DNA of 64,000 nucleotides from Elusimicrobiales bacterium (GTDB lineage Bacteria > Elusimicrobiota > Elusimicrobia > Elusimicrobiales > UBA9959). Position numbers and translations under genes: made by a program. The stretch covers positions 982 through 64,981 of the forward strand of contig JAILAB010000058.1 in assembly GCA_024681855.1 (NCBI GenBank), read 5' to 3'. The notes under the pieces were generated by a model, which ran no database searches, was not told where the DNA came from, and saw nothing but the letters and a program-made list of their open reading frames with translations. Positions 9,482 through 19,557 of the stretch are shown in pieces (position 1 is the stretch's first letter; each line of letters starts with the position of its first letter).

Positions 9482-10047
9482 TATTTCTCCTTTGTTAGTA
9501 TCCTAGGGAGCGTAACTCCGCGCTGGAGCTGATATTTTCCATTGCGGTCTTTATAAGAAATTTCGCATTCTTTGTCAGCTTCTAGGAAAATCAGCTGTGA
9601 TATTCCTTCATTTGAATAAATTTTCGCTGGCAGCGGCGTTGTGTTTGATATTTCAAGCGTCAGATGTCCTTCCCATTCAGGCTCAAGCGGCGTTATGTTT
9701 ACAACTATGCCGCAGCGCGCGTATGTGCTTTTGCCTATGCACAGGCCTATAACCTCGCGTGGAATTCTGAAATATTCCACTGAGCGGGCTAAAGCGAACG
9801 AATGGGCTGGGACAATGCAGCTCGGGGCTTTTATGTCAACAAAAGACCTGTCATCAAAATTTTTAGGGTCAACAATGCAGTTATGAACATCTGTGAATAC
9901 CTTGTATTCGTCTGACACTCTTATGTCATAGCCATATGATGAAAGACCATAAGAAATTTTCCCTTTGGCTTCAAGCTTTTCGCAGTATGGCTCTATCATG
10001 CCATGCTTTCTGCACATTTCCCTTATCCAGGCATCATTCTTTAACAT
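9481..10047 (-). CDS. dcd: dCTP deaminase
   Basis: [54 protein letters not shown]. Confidence 0.95.
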   Translation of the reverse strand: MLKNDAWIREMCRKHGMIEPYCEKLEAKGKISYGLSSYGYDIRVSDEYKVFTDVHNCIVDPKNFDDRSFVDIKAPSCIVPAHSFALARSVEYFRIPREVIGLCIGKSTYARCGIVVNITPLEPEWEGHLTLEISNTTPLPAKIYSNEGISQLIFLEADKECEISYKDRNGKYQLQRGVTLPRILTKEK

Positions 10048-10054
10048 TGCAGCC

Positions 10055-10930
10055 TCATGAAATACGCATTTTCAGGCTTTTCAGCATCGCTTTGATAAGC
10101 GAGGATATTTTTTCGCCTTTTGTTGTTTTTACTTTTCCTTCTTTTACATGGAAACCGCTTTTTTCTATTTTAAGCAATAGGTCATAGTATACTTGCCATA
10201 TTATGAGAGAAGGGAAAAATTGTCCGGCTAGTTTTTTGTTTACTAAGGCAAGCGTATCCATATAGTATTTTTTAGCGCGTTCTGCCTCAAAGGTCATTAA
10301 ATCCGTAAATTCCTTTGAATATCCCGGTTTGGAAAAGTTTTCCTTGTCGCAGCTGAAACGCGCAAGATCCTGGTATGGAATATATACTCTGCCAGATTCA
10401 TAGTCTTCCCTAACATCTCTTATTATATTGGTTAGCTGAACGGCATATCCGTGCATTCTTGCTATAGCTTTTGAGTTTTCCTCATTTTCAGAGTCTGCGT
10501 CATTGCCATTTCTGTATTCAAATATGCGCAGGCATACTTCGCCTACAACTCCGGCTACCCTGTACATATAATATTCCAAATCTTCTATTGTCGCATATTC
10601 ATGTTTGGTAAGGTCCAGTTCCATTCCTTCTATCAAAAGAGTGAAATGTTCTTTCTTCAGATTATAGAATACGCATGTTTCCGCAAGATTTTGGCATAGC
10701 GTGTCATTTTCAGGAATCTGGCCTATAAAAATGCCGTCTATTTTTTTACGCCATGCCATAAGCTCCTCTTTTTTCTGTTCGGTGCTTTTTTGCGTGTCAT
10801 CCACAATGTCATCAACTGCGCGCGCGAAAGCATAATAAGAGGAAAGGGCTTTCCTTTTAGCATCGGTAAGAAATTTAAAAGCTATGCTGAAACTGCTGCC
10901 CGATTCAGGGGCTTTATTTTCTTCAGACAT
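10055..10930 (-). CDS. Squalene/phytoene synthase family protein (HpnD/CrtB-like)
   Basis: [45 protein letters not shown]. Confidence 0.88.
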   Translation of the reverse strand: MSEENKAPESGSSFSIAFKFLTDAKRKALSSYYAFARAVDDIVDDTQKSTEQKKEELMAWRKKIDGIFIGQIPENDTLCQNLAETCVFYNLKKEHFTLLIEGMELDLTKHEYATIEDLEYYMYRVAGVVGEVCLRIFEYRNGNDADSENEENSKAIARMHGYAVQLTNIIRDVREDYESGRVYIPYQDLARFSCDKENFSKPGYSKEFTDLMTFEAERAKKYYMDTLALVNKKLAGQFFPSLIIWQVYYDLLLKIEKSGFHVKEGKVKTTKGEKISSLIKAMLKSLKMRIS

Positions 10931-11131
10931 TATCTGCTCCTAAATGCAAAATTAAAAAAGTAAAAATAAATACTAATAAAATAATTATGCTAATAATGTG
11001 CGGCATTAATCAAGCATTGGCATTCTATACAGCGTCTGGACTGTATGCTTTATGCCGAAACTCTGATAAGTGAAAAATTTCTGGGCTTCGGCGGCCAGCT
11101 AAATGAAAAGACTTAATATTTGTTGCGATTT

Positions 11132-12418
11132 TTAGTTCATGCAATTCTTTCCTGCCATTATGTCTAGGATAATATTGTCTACCTTGCTCATGCCTGTGCA
11201 GGAAATGCGGGCCATGTTTTTTATCGTCTCTTCACCGTTTGAGCCTATGAATCCCTCCTGCTCGGTTATGCCTTCTCCATGTATGGCCATATAAGAGGCC
11301 CTTATGGCTGAATCCGCTGAGGAAGCCACTTTAAGCGAACAGCCGCTTTTTGCGCCGTCGCACAATGTGCCGCCTATATCGCTGATAATGGTGTTTACGG
11401 CCAGAGACATCTTATGCGTGTTTGCCTTGCAGAACTGCCACACTATGGCGACTGCTGCGCCTACTCCGGCGGCAACCGCGCAGCCGCATATAGGGGCAAG
11501 CTCGCCAGTGAACACTTTTATATAAGAATTGACCAGGTGGGAGAGTGCTATGCTTTTTAATATCTTTTCTTCCTTGCGGCCTGCGCTTGTTCCTACTATC
11601 CATGGCACAAGTATTGCTACCACTCCCTGATTGCCTGATTCCCCGCTAGACATTACCGGCACAGGTATGCCGGCCATTCTGGCATCCGTTGCTGCTGCTG
11701 CCATGCGCTTAGCCTTTGAAAAAACATCTTCTTTCATGAACCCTTTTTCTATGAGATCATTAAGGTAATACCCTACTTTTTTTAGTTCCAGGCCTTTTTT
11801 GCTGGCGGACAGATTCATCTCAACGCCTTTTTTTATATATTCCAGCTGTTCAGGCGTTGCATTTTCCGCTGCCTTGCAAAGGTCTTTAAGCGTGGCTTTT
11901 TTCAGATCGTTTTTATACTGCCGGCAGGTCTGCTTGTTTGATTTCTTATTGCTTATCAGAACTTTGCCTTCATGTTCAAGATATGATATTTCCTTATGGC
12001 TGTTTTTGAGTATGCAGCAGGCTTTTTCTTTGCCTGAAAAAATTTCTGCCGATATATAAATGCCATGTTTTTTAGTGTCTGTTTTTATGGAAGCCATTCC
12101 TGCTGATATGAGCTTTTTCGCCTCGTCTATTTCACCGGTTATGTGCTTGAAAATCTCTGGGCCTGCATCTGGCTTGCGTATTAGCGCGCCCAAAGCGGCA
12201 GCAAGCAGATTGCCCTTGCGCCCGTTAGTATTAGGTATTGAAACGGCAAGCCCGTTCTTGTACGTGGCTGTATCTGTTATTATTCTTACTTCGGTAACTG
12301 GTCCGCTTAGCAGTTTAGCGGCGCTGGCGGCGGCAAATGCCACTGCGACTGGCTCCGTGCATCCCATGGCTGGATAGACTTCATTTTTTAAAACTTCTTC
12401 TAACAGATTCTCAAACAT
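11132..12418 (-). CDS. L-cysteine desulfidase / serine dehydratase alpha family (UPF0597, CyuA/YhaM-like)
   Basis: PAMGCTEP, DARMAG..PVMS.G.SGNQG, LAPICGC, G.LCDGAKSGCSLK. Confidence 0.88.
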   Translation of the reverse strand: MFENLLEEVLKNEVYPAMGCTEPVAVAFAAASAAKLLSGPVTEVRIITDTATYKNGLAVSIPNTNGRKGNLLAAALGALIRKPDAGPEIFKHITGEIDEAKKLISAGMASIKTDTKKHGIYISAEIFSGKEKACCILKNSHKEISYLEHEGKVLISNKKSNKQTCRQYKNDLKKATLKDLCKAAENATPEQLEYIKKGVEMNLSASKKGLELKKVGYYLNDLIEKGFMKEDVFSKAKRMAAAATDARMAGIPVPVMSSGESGNQGVVAILVPWIVGTSAGRKEEKILKSIALSHLVNSYIKVFTGELAPICGCAVAAGVGAAVAIVWQFCKANTHKMSLAVNTIISDIGGTLCDGAKSGCSLKVASSADSAIRASYMAIHGEGITEQEGFIGSNGEETIKNMARISCTGMSKVDNIILDIMAGKNCMN

Positions 12419-12950
12419 TGCGGCCTCCGTGCGCGGCGAAAAATGCAGATTTGCTGCATATAATTAAAACTATTTCATATAGTAAATATGATGCTTAAAT
12501 TTAATTATAGAAATAAATTGCCATTGTTCAAAATAAAAATAACAAAATACTGATATGCTTCATAATTATGCATATGCTTAAAGCATGAACCATTTTTTAA
12601 GCAGCTAAGCAGCTGTTTCCAGAAAAAAAATTTTGCTTTAGCAAAAATTTTACGGGTAAAATGAATTTATGCGTAAATAAAATGCTAGTAATGAGACATA
12701 TTATGCTATGACTAATGAAATAAGCCAGCTGGGCTTTTGAATTATTCTTTTAGCATAGTTTGGAAAGACATTGACAAAATATAGCCAGAATTAAAATATT
12801 CAGCTAAGTTTGCAGTGGAATATAATGCTATAGGCAAATATATTGTTAACGCTTTGCTATTGCCAAGCATTATTTTCCTGTTAGGAATACTAGTGTAACT
12901 AATACAGTAAAATTAGGCATTGCACTTGATATATGATCAAAGACCGGTAT

Positions 12951-13160
12951 TTATTTGAGAAGATACTGTTTATTAGCTTTTATTTTTTTTGTGCGGAATG
13001 AGTGACAAGCCGCACAGGCGGAACAGCTGCTTGACGCTTCGCCATTGGCATTGACTCCGCAACAGTATGGGCATCTGCTCCCTTTTTTGATAAGTGAGCG
13101 GATTATCAGCAATACAATCGCTGCCAAAGATGTTATTACTATTATATCACCTGGTGTCAT
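12951..13160 (-). CDS. FeoB-associated Cys-rich membrane protein
   Basis: N-terminal TM helix then CPYCC...CSACAACH; lies just downstream of feoB. Confidence 0.8.
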   Translation of the reverse strand: MTPGDIIVITSLAAIVLLIIRSLIKKGSRCPYCCGVNANGEASSSCSACAACHSFRTKKIKANKQYLLK

Positions 13161-13286
13161 GAGTGTTTATTTCCATGTTTATATGCTTATCTTTATCACT
13201 TGCTTGTTCTGCCATTTTACCTTTAATTATTTTGCGGTATCAGAGCCTGGATTATTTGCTTTGTTTTATTGAATAATAAAAACATA

Positions 13287-15515
13287 TTATCCTTTGTAAT
13301 CGCAGCGGCGATGTCTTCGCTTGAAGCGAATGTATTTGCGGTAGCGGCGTCCAGTCTGCTGTAATTCAGACGTAGGCACATATCCTTTTCTGAAAACAAA
13401 ATAGAGCATTGTGGCAAGCGCTATGGCTGCAATAACCGTGAAAGGCCCGAAATCAGCTTCTCCTGTGAACAGTCCGCCGAACTGATAGGCTATCATTGAA
13501 ACCAGGTATGCGAAACCGCACATATAAGCTACTGTTATCCAGGTCCATCTGGCATTGCCCATTTCTTTGTAAATTGCGCCTATGGCTGCAAAGCATGGAG
13601 CGCATAAAAGATTGAAGATTAGAAATGAATAAGCGCGCACAGGCCCGAAATCAGCTCCTATCTGTGTCCAAATTTCTCTGCCGGTTTCGCTGATTTCCCC
13701 TGCAAAATGGTACAGTGAGCCGAATGTCATGACTATCTGTTCTTTTGCTATAAGCCCTGTTACGCTAGCCACAGCGGCTTTCCAAGCCATGTCGCCCATC
13801 CAGCCAAGAGGATAGAATATCCAGGCAATGGATCTGCCAAGGGCGGCAAGCACTGAATCATTCGGGTCTTCTACAGCTGTCCAGGAGCCGCCTTCAATGC
13901 CGTATGTCTTGAGGAACCATAATACTATGGAGCTCAAAAGCACTATTGTGGCTGCTCTCTTCACGAAGTCCCAGCCTCTGTCAAGCGTGGTGCGCAGCAC
14001 ATTCTTGACCGCAGGCCTGTGATAGGCGGGCAGTTCCATAACAAAGGGGGCTGGCTTTCCTGCTAAAGCCCTGAATTTCTTCAGTATCACTCCTGAAACT
14101 ATTACTGCCGCAAGGCCTATGAAGAATGCGGATGTAGCCACCAGCGGGGAATTGCCGAATACTGCGCCGGCGAACAGGCCGATTATAGGCATTTTAGCGC
14201 CGCATGGTATGAAACCGGTTGTCATTACGGTTATCTTGCGGTCATTTTCCATTTCTATTGTGCGTGAGGCTAGTATGCCAGGCACTCCGCAGCCTGTTGC
14301 CACCAGCATAGGTATTATGGATTTGCCGGAAAGGCCGAATTTTCGCAGCAGTCTGTCCATTATGAAAGCGACTCTTGCCATATAGCCTATATCTTCCAGA
14401 ATGGCAAGCAGCAGGGAAAGCACTAGTATCTGCGGCACGAAGCCCAGCACTGCGCCTACGCCTGCCAGTATTCCGTCAAGAATAAGCCCTTCAAGCCATT
14501 TGCTTACGCCTAATGCGGCCAAGCCTTTTCCTATCCAGTCCGGCATCCATTGCCCGAATAATACATCATTGGCCCAATCTGTGCCTATTGTGCCTATTGA
14601 CCATGGGAAGCTGCCCATGGCTATCGCATACATAAGGAACATTGCCGCAATGAAAATAGGTATTGCCAATATGCGGTTTGTTACTATTCTGTCAATCTTG
14701 TCCGAAAAGGAAAGGCTGCCGCCTTTTTCGTTCTTGATAATGGCGGAGCTTATCATGCTGCTTATGTATTTATAACGCTGATCAGCTATTATGCTTTCCG
14801 TATCATCGTCAAGCTCTTCTTCGCAGGCTTTTATGTGTTTTTCCAAATGTTCTATTTCAGCCGGAGTGAGAGCCAGTTCCTTGCGCACTATCTCATCTCT
14901 TTCAAAAACTTTTATGGAATACCAGCGCAGATAATTGCTTTTGACTTTATCTTCTATGTTTTCCTCTATGTGTGCTATGGCATGCTCTACGCTGCTGCAA
15001 TAAACATGAGGAATCTCTCCGTGATGATGGTTTTTGGCTATTTCAACGGCTTTTTCTGCCGCTTTCATGCAGCCTTCGCCTTTGAGCGCGCTTATTTCCA
15101 CGCAAGGGCAACCGAAGGCTTTCCCTAGCTTTTCAAGGTCAATCTTATCGCCCTTTTTGCGTACCAGGTCTATCATGTTTACAGCCACAACTACCGGGTA
15201 GCCCAGTTCTATCAGCTGCGTGGTGAGATACAAGTTCCGTTCAATGTTTGTGCCATCCACAATGTTTAAAATTGCGTCGGGATGCTCATTCACGAGATAT
15301 TTTCTTGAAACTACCTCTTCAGGCGAATATGGGGAAAGCGAATATATGCCTGGCAGGTCTTGTATTGTTACATCTTCATAGCCTTTCAGCTGTCCTTCTT
15401 TTTTTTCAACGGTTACTCCTGGCCAGTTGCCTACATATTGGTTTGACCCGGTCAAGACATTGAACAGCGTTGTTTTTCCGCTGTTCGGATTACCGGCTAA
15501 AGCTATCTTTATCAT
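13287..15515 (-). CDS. feoB: Ferrous iron transporter FeoB
   Basis: GNPNSGKT, VGNWPGVTVEKK, DLPGIYSL, NMID, GCGVP, PFVMELP, PCFAAI. Confidence 0.96.
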   Translation of the reverse strand: MIKIALAGNPNSGKTTLFNVLTGSNQYVGNWPGVTVEKKEGQLKGYEDVTIQDLPGIYSLSPYSPEEVVSRKYLVNEHPDAILNIVDGTNIERNLYLTTQLIELGYPVVVAVNMIDLVRKKGDKIDLEKLGKAFGCPCVEISALKGEGCMKAAEKAVEIAKNHHHGEIPHVYCSSVEHAIAHIEENIEDKVKSNYLRWYSIKVFERDEIVRKELALTPAEIEHLEKHIKACEEELDDDTESIIADQRYKYISSMISSAIIKNEKGGSLSFSDKIDRIVTNRILAIPIFIAAMFLMYAIAMGSFPWSIGTIGTDWANDVLFGQWMPDWIGKGLAALGVSKWLEGLILDGILAGVGAVLGFVPQILVLSLLLAILEDIGYMARVAFIMDRLLRKFGLSGKSIIPMLVATGCGVPGILASRTIEMENDRKITVMTTGFIPCGAKMPIIGLFAGAVFGNSPLVATSAFFIGLAAVIVSGVILKKFRALAGKPAPFVMELPAYHRPAVKNVLRTTLDRGWDFVKRAATIVLLSSIVLWFLKTYGIEGGSWTAVEDPNDSVLAALGRSIAWIFYPLGWMGDMAWKAAVASVTGLIAKEQIVMTFGSLYHFAGEISETGREIWTQIGADFGPVRAYSFLIFNLLCAPCFAAIGAIYKEMGNARWTWITVAYMCGFAYLVSMIAYQFGGLFTGEADFGPFTVIAAIALATMLYFVFRKGYVPTSELQQTGRRYRKYIRFKRRHRRCDYKG

Positions 15516-15576
15516 TTTTAACCCTGTTTTTTATTTTGCTTAGTGGATTTATGCAATAAGCTCTAATTAAGGAATA

Positions 15577-15807
15577 TTATGCCGCTGCGGATATTTCTAT
15601 CATAACAGCATCAGCCTTGCGCAGCGTAAGCTCATAGCCTCGCAGATTAAGTTCCATCGGATCGCCGAGGGGGGCAACTTTTCTTATAAAAATTCTCACG
15701 CCCTTGGTTATGCCCATGTCCATTATCCTGCGCCTAACGGGGCCATAGCCTTGAACCCTGCTGACTTGAACTGTCTCTCCTACTTTCGCATCTTTTAATG
15801 TTTTCAT
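15577..15807 (-). CDS. feoA: Ferrous iron transport protein A
   Basis: RRRIMDMGIT.G, APLGDP.E..LRGYEL.LRK.DA. Confidence 0.95.
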   Translation of the reverse strand: MKTLKDAKVGETVQVSRVQGYGPVRRRIMDMGITKGVRIFIRKVAPLGDPMELNLRGYELTLRKADAVMIEISAAA

Positions 15808-15846
15808 TTTTCCTCAATAAGGCTGCTCTGTTTTTTTTGTTTATTG

Positions 15847-15890
15847 GTTAGTATATACTAACTTTATTAAATATCGTATGAGTATGTCAA
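15847..15890 (-). promoter_or_regulatory. feoAB promoter with a perfect 16-bp palindromic operator (probable metal-responsive repressor site, DtxR/MntR type)
   Basis: GTTAGTATATACTAAC at 15847-15862 is a perfect palindrome; TTGACA at 15890-15885 on the minus strand; the operator abuts the -10/TSS region. Confidence 0.7.
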
Positions 15891-15909
15891 GAATATGGGG
15901 ATATAATAA

Positions 15910-15946
15910 GGGCATTATCTTCTCTATACTTATGAAGATAATGCCC
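15910..15946. terminator. 13-bp perfect hairpin between the rluE operon and the feoAB promoter
   Basis: GGGCATTATCTTC-11 nt-GAAGATAATGCCC; weak U tail. Confidence 0.6.
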
Positions 15947-16007
15947 CTGCCTGCGAAAGCGGCTGCGCTTTTTTAAAGCATGCTATATTATAAAGCTGTC
16001 TCTGATT

Positions 16008-16436
16008 TTATTTGCCTTGTTTTTTATGCTCCAGGTTTTGTTTTGAATTTTGTGTCTTAGCCTGCTCTTGGGCGCCTTTTTCTTTTGCCGCATTCCTGTT
16101 TGTTTTTTTTGCTTCCTCGTAGAAATAATCTGGTATTGCAGCCGGCCTGCGGATCATGTGTTCATACTGTTTCTGATGTTTTTCCGCAATTTTTTTTAGA
16201 TCTGCCGGATCAAGATTGCAAGATTTGCATTTGCGGCATGTTAGGCCGGAAAAAACTATCGAAAATGTATTGTCTTTAATCATTTTGCTAGTCATGTTTA
16301 TAAATATCCATGCTAGCAGAATGCATATTACTATATTAATTGGCAGTACGATTTTCCTGTGTCTGTATCCAAGCTCTATTACACGAAGCAATAATGCAAT
16401 AAATTTTGCTGTCAGCCTTTTTATCTTATTTTTCAT
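16008..16436 (-). CDS. Hypothetical membrane protein with a CxxCxxC motif
   Basis: Hydrophobic helix IVLPINIVICILLAWIFI, TCRKCKSC; overlaps the upstream gene end by 11 bp. Confidence 0.55.
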   Translation of the reverse strand: MKNKIKRLTAKFIALLLRVIELGYRHRKIVLPINIVICILLAWIFINMTSKMIKDNTFSIVFSGLTCRKCKSCNLDPADLKKIAEKHQKQYEHMIRRPAAIPDYFYEEAKKTNRNAAKEKGAQEQAKTQNSKQNLEHKKQGK

Positions 16437-17310
16437 ATTCTTTAAGGCCTTTGTATATTGCGCTTATATCCTCGCCGCCATATCCCATGTTATTGCTTTT
16501 TTCTAAGAGCTCAAGCACTTTTTCTGTTACTGGAATGTATGCCTGTTTCTGTTCTGCGGCTGACATTATAAACCTAGCGTCTTTAAGCATGTGCTTAAGC
16601 GGGAATGCAGGCGGAAATTTCTTATCTAGAAGCAACGGGCGCTTCATGCTGAAATACCTGCATTGCAGCGCCGGGTTTGCGTCAAGCGTGTCAAACATAA
16701 GGGCAGGATTTATTCCGCATGCTTCCGCAAATTCAGTGCCTTCCGCAATGGCAGATGTCATATGCCCCATTACAAGGTTTACACATAGTTTCAGATAGGA
16801 ACCGGCAGGGGCTTTGCCCGCATGGATGACTTTGCGGCCCATTGAAAGCAGAATAGGCTCATGGCGGCATATCTCAGCTTCTTCGCCTCCTGCCAGTATT
16901 ACTAGCGTTCCGGCTTCGGCTAAAGGCTTTGACCCTGAGACAGGGCAGTCTAAGAATATTATCCCTGTTTTAGAACATTTTTCTGCCAGCTGGCGCGTAA
17001 ATTCTGGGGAAACCGTGCTCATATTGATGAACGTTTTTCCCTTGCATAGCCCTTCAAAACCGCCATTTGGCCCTTCCATTACTGCATCTACGGCTGCCGG
17101 ATCTGAAACCATTGTTATCAGCACATCGCACCAGCCTGCCAGCTGTTTTGGCGTATATGAAACCCCACAGCCTTTTTCTGCAAAAGAGGCGGTCTTTTCC
17201 CTTGTTCTGTTATAAACGCATACTTCATAGCCTGCTTTCAGAAGGTTTGAAGCCATTGCCTGGCCCATTATGCCTAGCCCGATGAATCCTATTTTTTTCT
17301 TTGTTTCCAT
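16426..17310 (-). CDS. NAD(P)-dependent beta-hydroxyacid dehydrogenase (3-hydroxyisobutyrate/glyoxylate reductase family)
   Basis: IGFIGLGIMG..MA.NL, FLDCPVSGS, catalytic K in YLKLCVN, F.LKHMLKD; start revised to METKKK after GAGGAG. Confidence 0.9.
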   Translation of the reverse strand: METKKKIGFIGLGIMGQAMASNLLKAGYEVCVYNRTREKTASFAEKGCGVSYTPKQLAGWCDVLITMVSDPAAVDAVMEGPNGGFEGLCKGKTFINMSTVSPEFTRQLAEKCSKTGIIFLDCPVSGSKPLAEAGTLVILAGGEEAEICRHEPILLSMGRKVIHAGKAPAGSYLKLCVNLVMGHMTSAIAEGTEFAEACGINPALMFDTLDANPALQCRYFSMKRPLLLDKKFPPAFPLKHMLKDARFIMSAAEQKQAYIPVTEKVLELLEKSNNMGYGGEDISAIYKGLKEYEK

Positions 17311-17861
17311 AATTCTCTTATCTCCTCTTGCGTAGCTTCGCGCCATTTTCCTTCTTGTATGCCGTCTAGCGTGAAAATTCCTATGGAATGCCTTATTAGC
17401 CTTAGCACCGGAAAGCCTACCGAAGCAAGCATTCTTCGCGCTTGCCTGTTTCTGCCTTCCGTCAATATTATTTCAACCCAGCTTGTGGGGACTGTTTTTC
17501 TTTCCCTTATCGGCGGATTCCTTGGCGGCAAGCCGGGTTCTTCCATTAATCTGGCTTGGCAGGGCTTTGTGGGGCCGTCTTTGAGTATTATGCCATTTCT
17601 TAGTTTTTCTAATGCTTCTTCGGTTATTATCCTTTCAACCTGTGCCCAGTATGTTTTCGGCTGCTTATGTTTAGGTTCTGAAATATAAGCCTGAAGCTTG
17701 CCTTCAGATGTAAGCAGCAGAAGTCCTTCGCTGTCAGCGTCAAGCCTTCCTGCCGGATATATTTTTTTCGGCAAGCCGAAACATGCCAGAGACTTGTGTC
17801 CGTCTGCAGGAGTGAATTGTGAAAGCACTCCATAAGGTTTGTTGAAAAGAATTGTCGGCAT
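17289..17861 (-). CDS. rluE: RsuA-family rRNA pseudouridine synthase (RluE-like)
   Basis: FNKPYGVLSQF, YPAGRLDADSEGLLLLT, PRNPPIRER, EGRNRQ.RRM. Confidence 0.88.
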   Translation of the reverse strand: MPTILFNKPYGVLSQFTPADGHKSLACFGLPKKIYPAGRLDADSEGLLLLTSEGKLQAYISEPKHKQPKTYWAQVERIITEEALEKLRNGIILKDGPTKPCQARLMEEPGLPPRNPPIRERKTVPTSWVEIILTEGRNRQARRMLASVGFPVLRLIRHSIGIFTLDGIQEGKWREATQEEIRELWKQRKK

Positions 17862-18001
17862 ATTCTGCTTTTGCCTGCCTTAGCTCTTAAAACTGTTAGC
17901 GGAAACATTCCTTTGCTATATTCCTGTTCTGGCTGTTTTGCATCCAGAACTGTTTTTTTAAGTCCTTAAAGCAGGTCTCTCAATATGATATATTATATTC
18001 C

Positions 18002-19138
18002 ATGAGTTATGCATTTGTTAATAATCAAAAAGATTTTAATGCCTTGTGTTTAAGCATAGCTGCGCATCCTTATCTTTCAATAGACACAGAATCTAACAGC
18101 CTTTTCTCTTATAGGGACAGGCTGTGCGTGCTTCAGCTTTCTACAGAAAATATAAATGCTGTTGTGGATATGCTGGCCGTGGACCTTAAGCCTATTCTTC
18201 CGATTTTCGCAGATCCCAAAGTTGAAAAAATATTTCATTCCGCTGATTCAGATATCAGGGTTTTGAAAAGCGCAATGAAATGCCGTTTCGTAAATATATT
18301 TGATGTAATGATAGGGTCAAAGTATCTTGGCTTTGAGCGCTGCGGCCTTGATAGCCTGGTAAATCATTATTTTGGAATAGTTCTGAATAAGAAATACCAG
18401 AAGGCGGACTGGGGGAAAAGGCCGCTTACAAAAGCTATGCTTGATTATGCTGCCGGCGACACTATTTATCTTAAACGCTTGCGGGATTTAATATCCGCAG
18501 AGCTGAGCCGCCAGGGCAAGCTAAATGAGGCCATGGAGCATTTTTCCCATATAGCTGAAGTTGTTCCGCATCCTCATCCTAAGTTTGATAAAGAAGGATA
18601 TCAGAATATACGCGGGGCAAGAAAACTTAACGGGCGTGGCCTTGCCGTGCTGCGGGAACTTTATCTTGCGAGGGAACAGGCTGCTATAAAAAGGGATCTT
18701 CCTCCATTTAAAATAGTTAGTGAAGATTATATGCTGCGCCTTTCCGCCGCTCCGACTGAAGCTTTGGAAAATCTGGCATCTTTTAGGGGATCATCTGATT
18801 ATGTGATGGAAAACCATGGCCCATGGATAATGGAAGCTTTGAGAAAGGGTCTTTCCTGCCGTAAACTCCCTGCGCTGAAAGGTCGGGTATATGATGAAAA
18901 GAAAAAAATGGAGGCAGTAAGGGATCGTTTTCTTGCCATGAAAAAATGGCGCAAGGAAACAGCTGAGCGGCGCGGCATGTTGCCTGAAACAGTGCTGGAA
19001 ACCTCACTTTTGGAAAAGCTTGCCTTTGCCCAGCCGTCGAGCATGGTAGATCTTGGAAAAATCAAGGGAATTACTCCGGAAAAGCTAAATGCTTACGGAA
19101 AAGGGCTTTTGGAATTTTTTAGAACTCATAAGCTGTAA
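18002..19138 (+). CDS. rnd: Ribonuclease D (DEDDy 3'-5' exonuclease with HRDC domains)
   Basis: IDTE, KIFH...DI, FDVMI, QKADW.KRPL...ML.YAAGD; C-terminal HRDC WRK.TA..R. Confidence 0.88.
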   Translation: MSYAFVNNQKDFNALCLSIAAHPYLSIDTESNSLFSYRDRLCVLQLSTENINAVVDMLAVDLKPILPIFADPKVEKIFHSADSDIRVLKSAMKCRFVNIFDVMIGSKYLGFERCGLDSLVNHYFGIVLNKKYQKADWGKRPLTKAMLDYAAGDTIYLKRLRDLISAELSRQGKLNEAMEHFSHIAEVVPHPHPKFDKEGYQNIRGARKLNGRGLAVLRELYLAREQAAIKRDLPPFKIVSEDYMLRLSAAPTEALENLASFRGSSDYVMENHGPWIMEALRKGLSCRKLPALKGRVYDEKKKMEAVRDRFLAMKKWRKETAERRGMLPETVLETSLLEKLAFAQPSSMVDLGKIKGITPEKLNAYGKGLLEFFRTHKL

Positions 19139-19379
19139 ATAGCTAAAGACGGCAAAATAGCCTCATAGCCTGGTCTAATATAAAATACAAGGCCAGGCTT
19201 TTTTATTTATTGCCTGCTTCGTTTTATTGCAAAGACATAAAAAAAGCCAGGGGAAGATTAACATCCTCTGGCTCTTGCTTTGTTCGGCCTAAAAATTCTG
19301 TGACTATCTTGGGAGCGTCATTTTTAGCCTTTTTTTGACATTTTAGTCATCGGCTCTCGTCGTAGACACATAAAAAAAC

Positions 19380-19463
19380 TGCGCGGAAAGGGACTTGAAC
19401 CCTTAAGGCCTTTCGGCCATACGGTCCTGAGCCGTACGCGTCTGCCAGTTCCGCCACCCGCGC
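19380..19463 (-). tRNA. tRNA-Leu(CAG), CCA not encoded
   Basis: GCGCGGGTGGCGGAACTGGCAGACGCG-TACGG-CTCAGGA-CCGTA-long variable arm-GGTTCAAGTCC-TCCGCGCA. Confidence 0.95.
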
Positions 19464-19473
19464 ATTGCAAACA

Positions 19474-19557
19474 TGGTTGGGATAGGATTCGAACCTATGT
19501 AGGGCAGGGCCCGACGGTTTTACAGACCGTTGCTTTTGACCGCTCAGCCACCCAACC
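19474..19557 (-). tRNA. tRNA-Tyr(GTA)
   Basis: GGTTGGG...ACGGT-CTGTAAA-ACCGT...ATAGGTTCGAATCCTAT-CCCAACCA; perfect acceptor and T stems. Confidence 0.95.
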
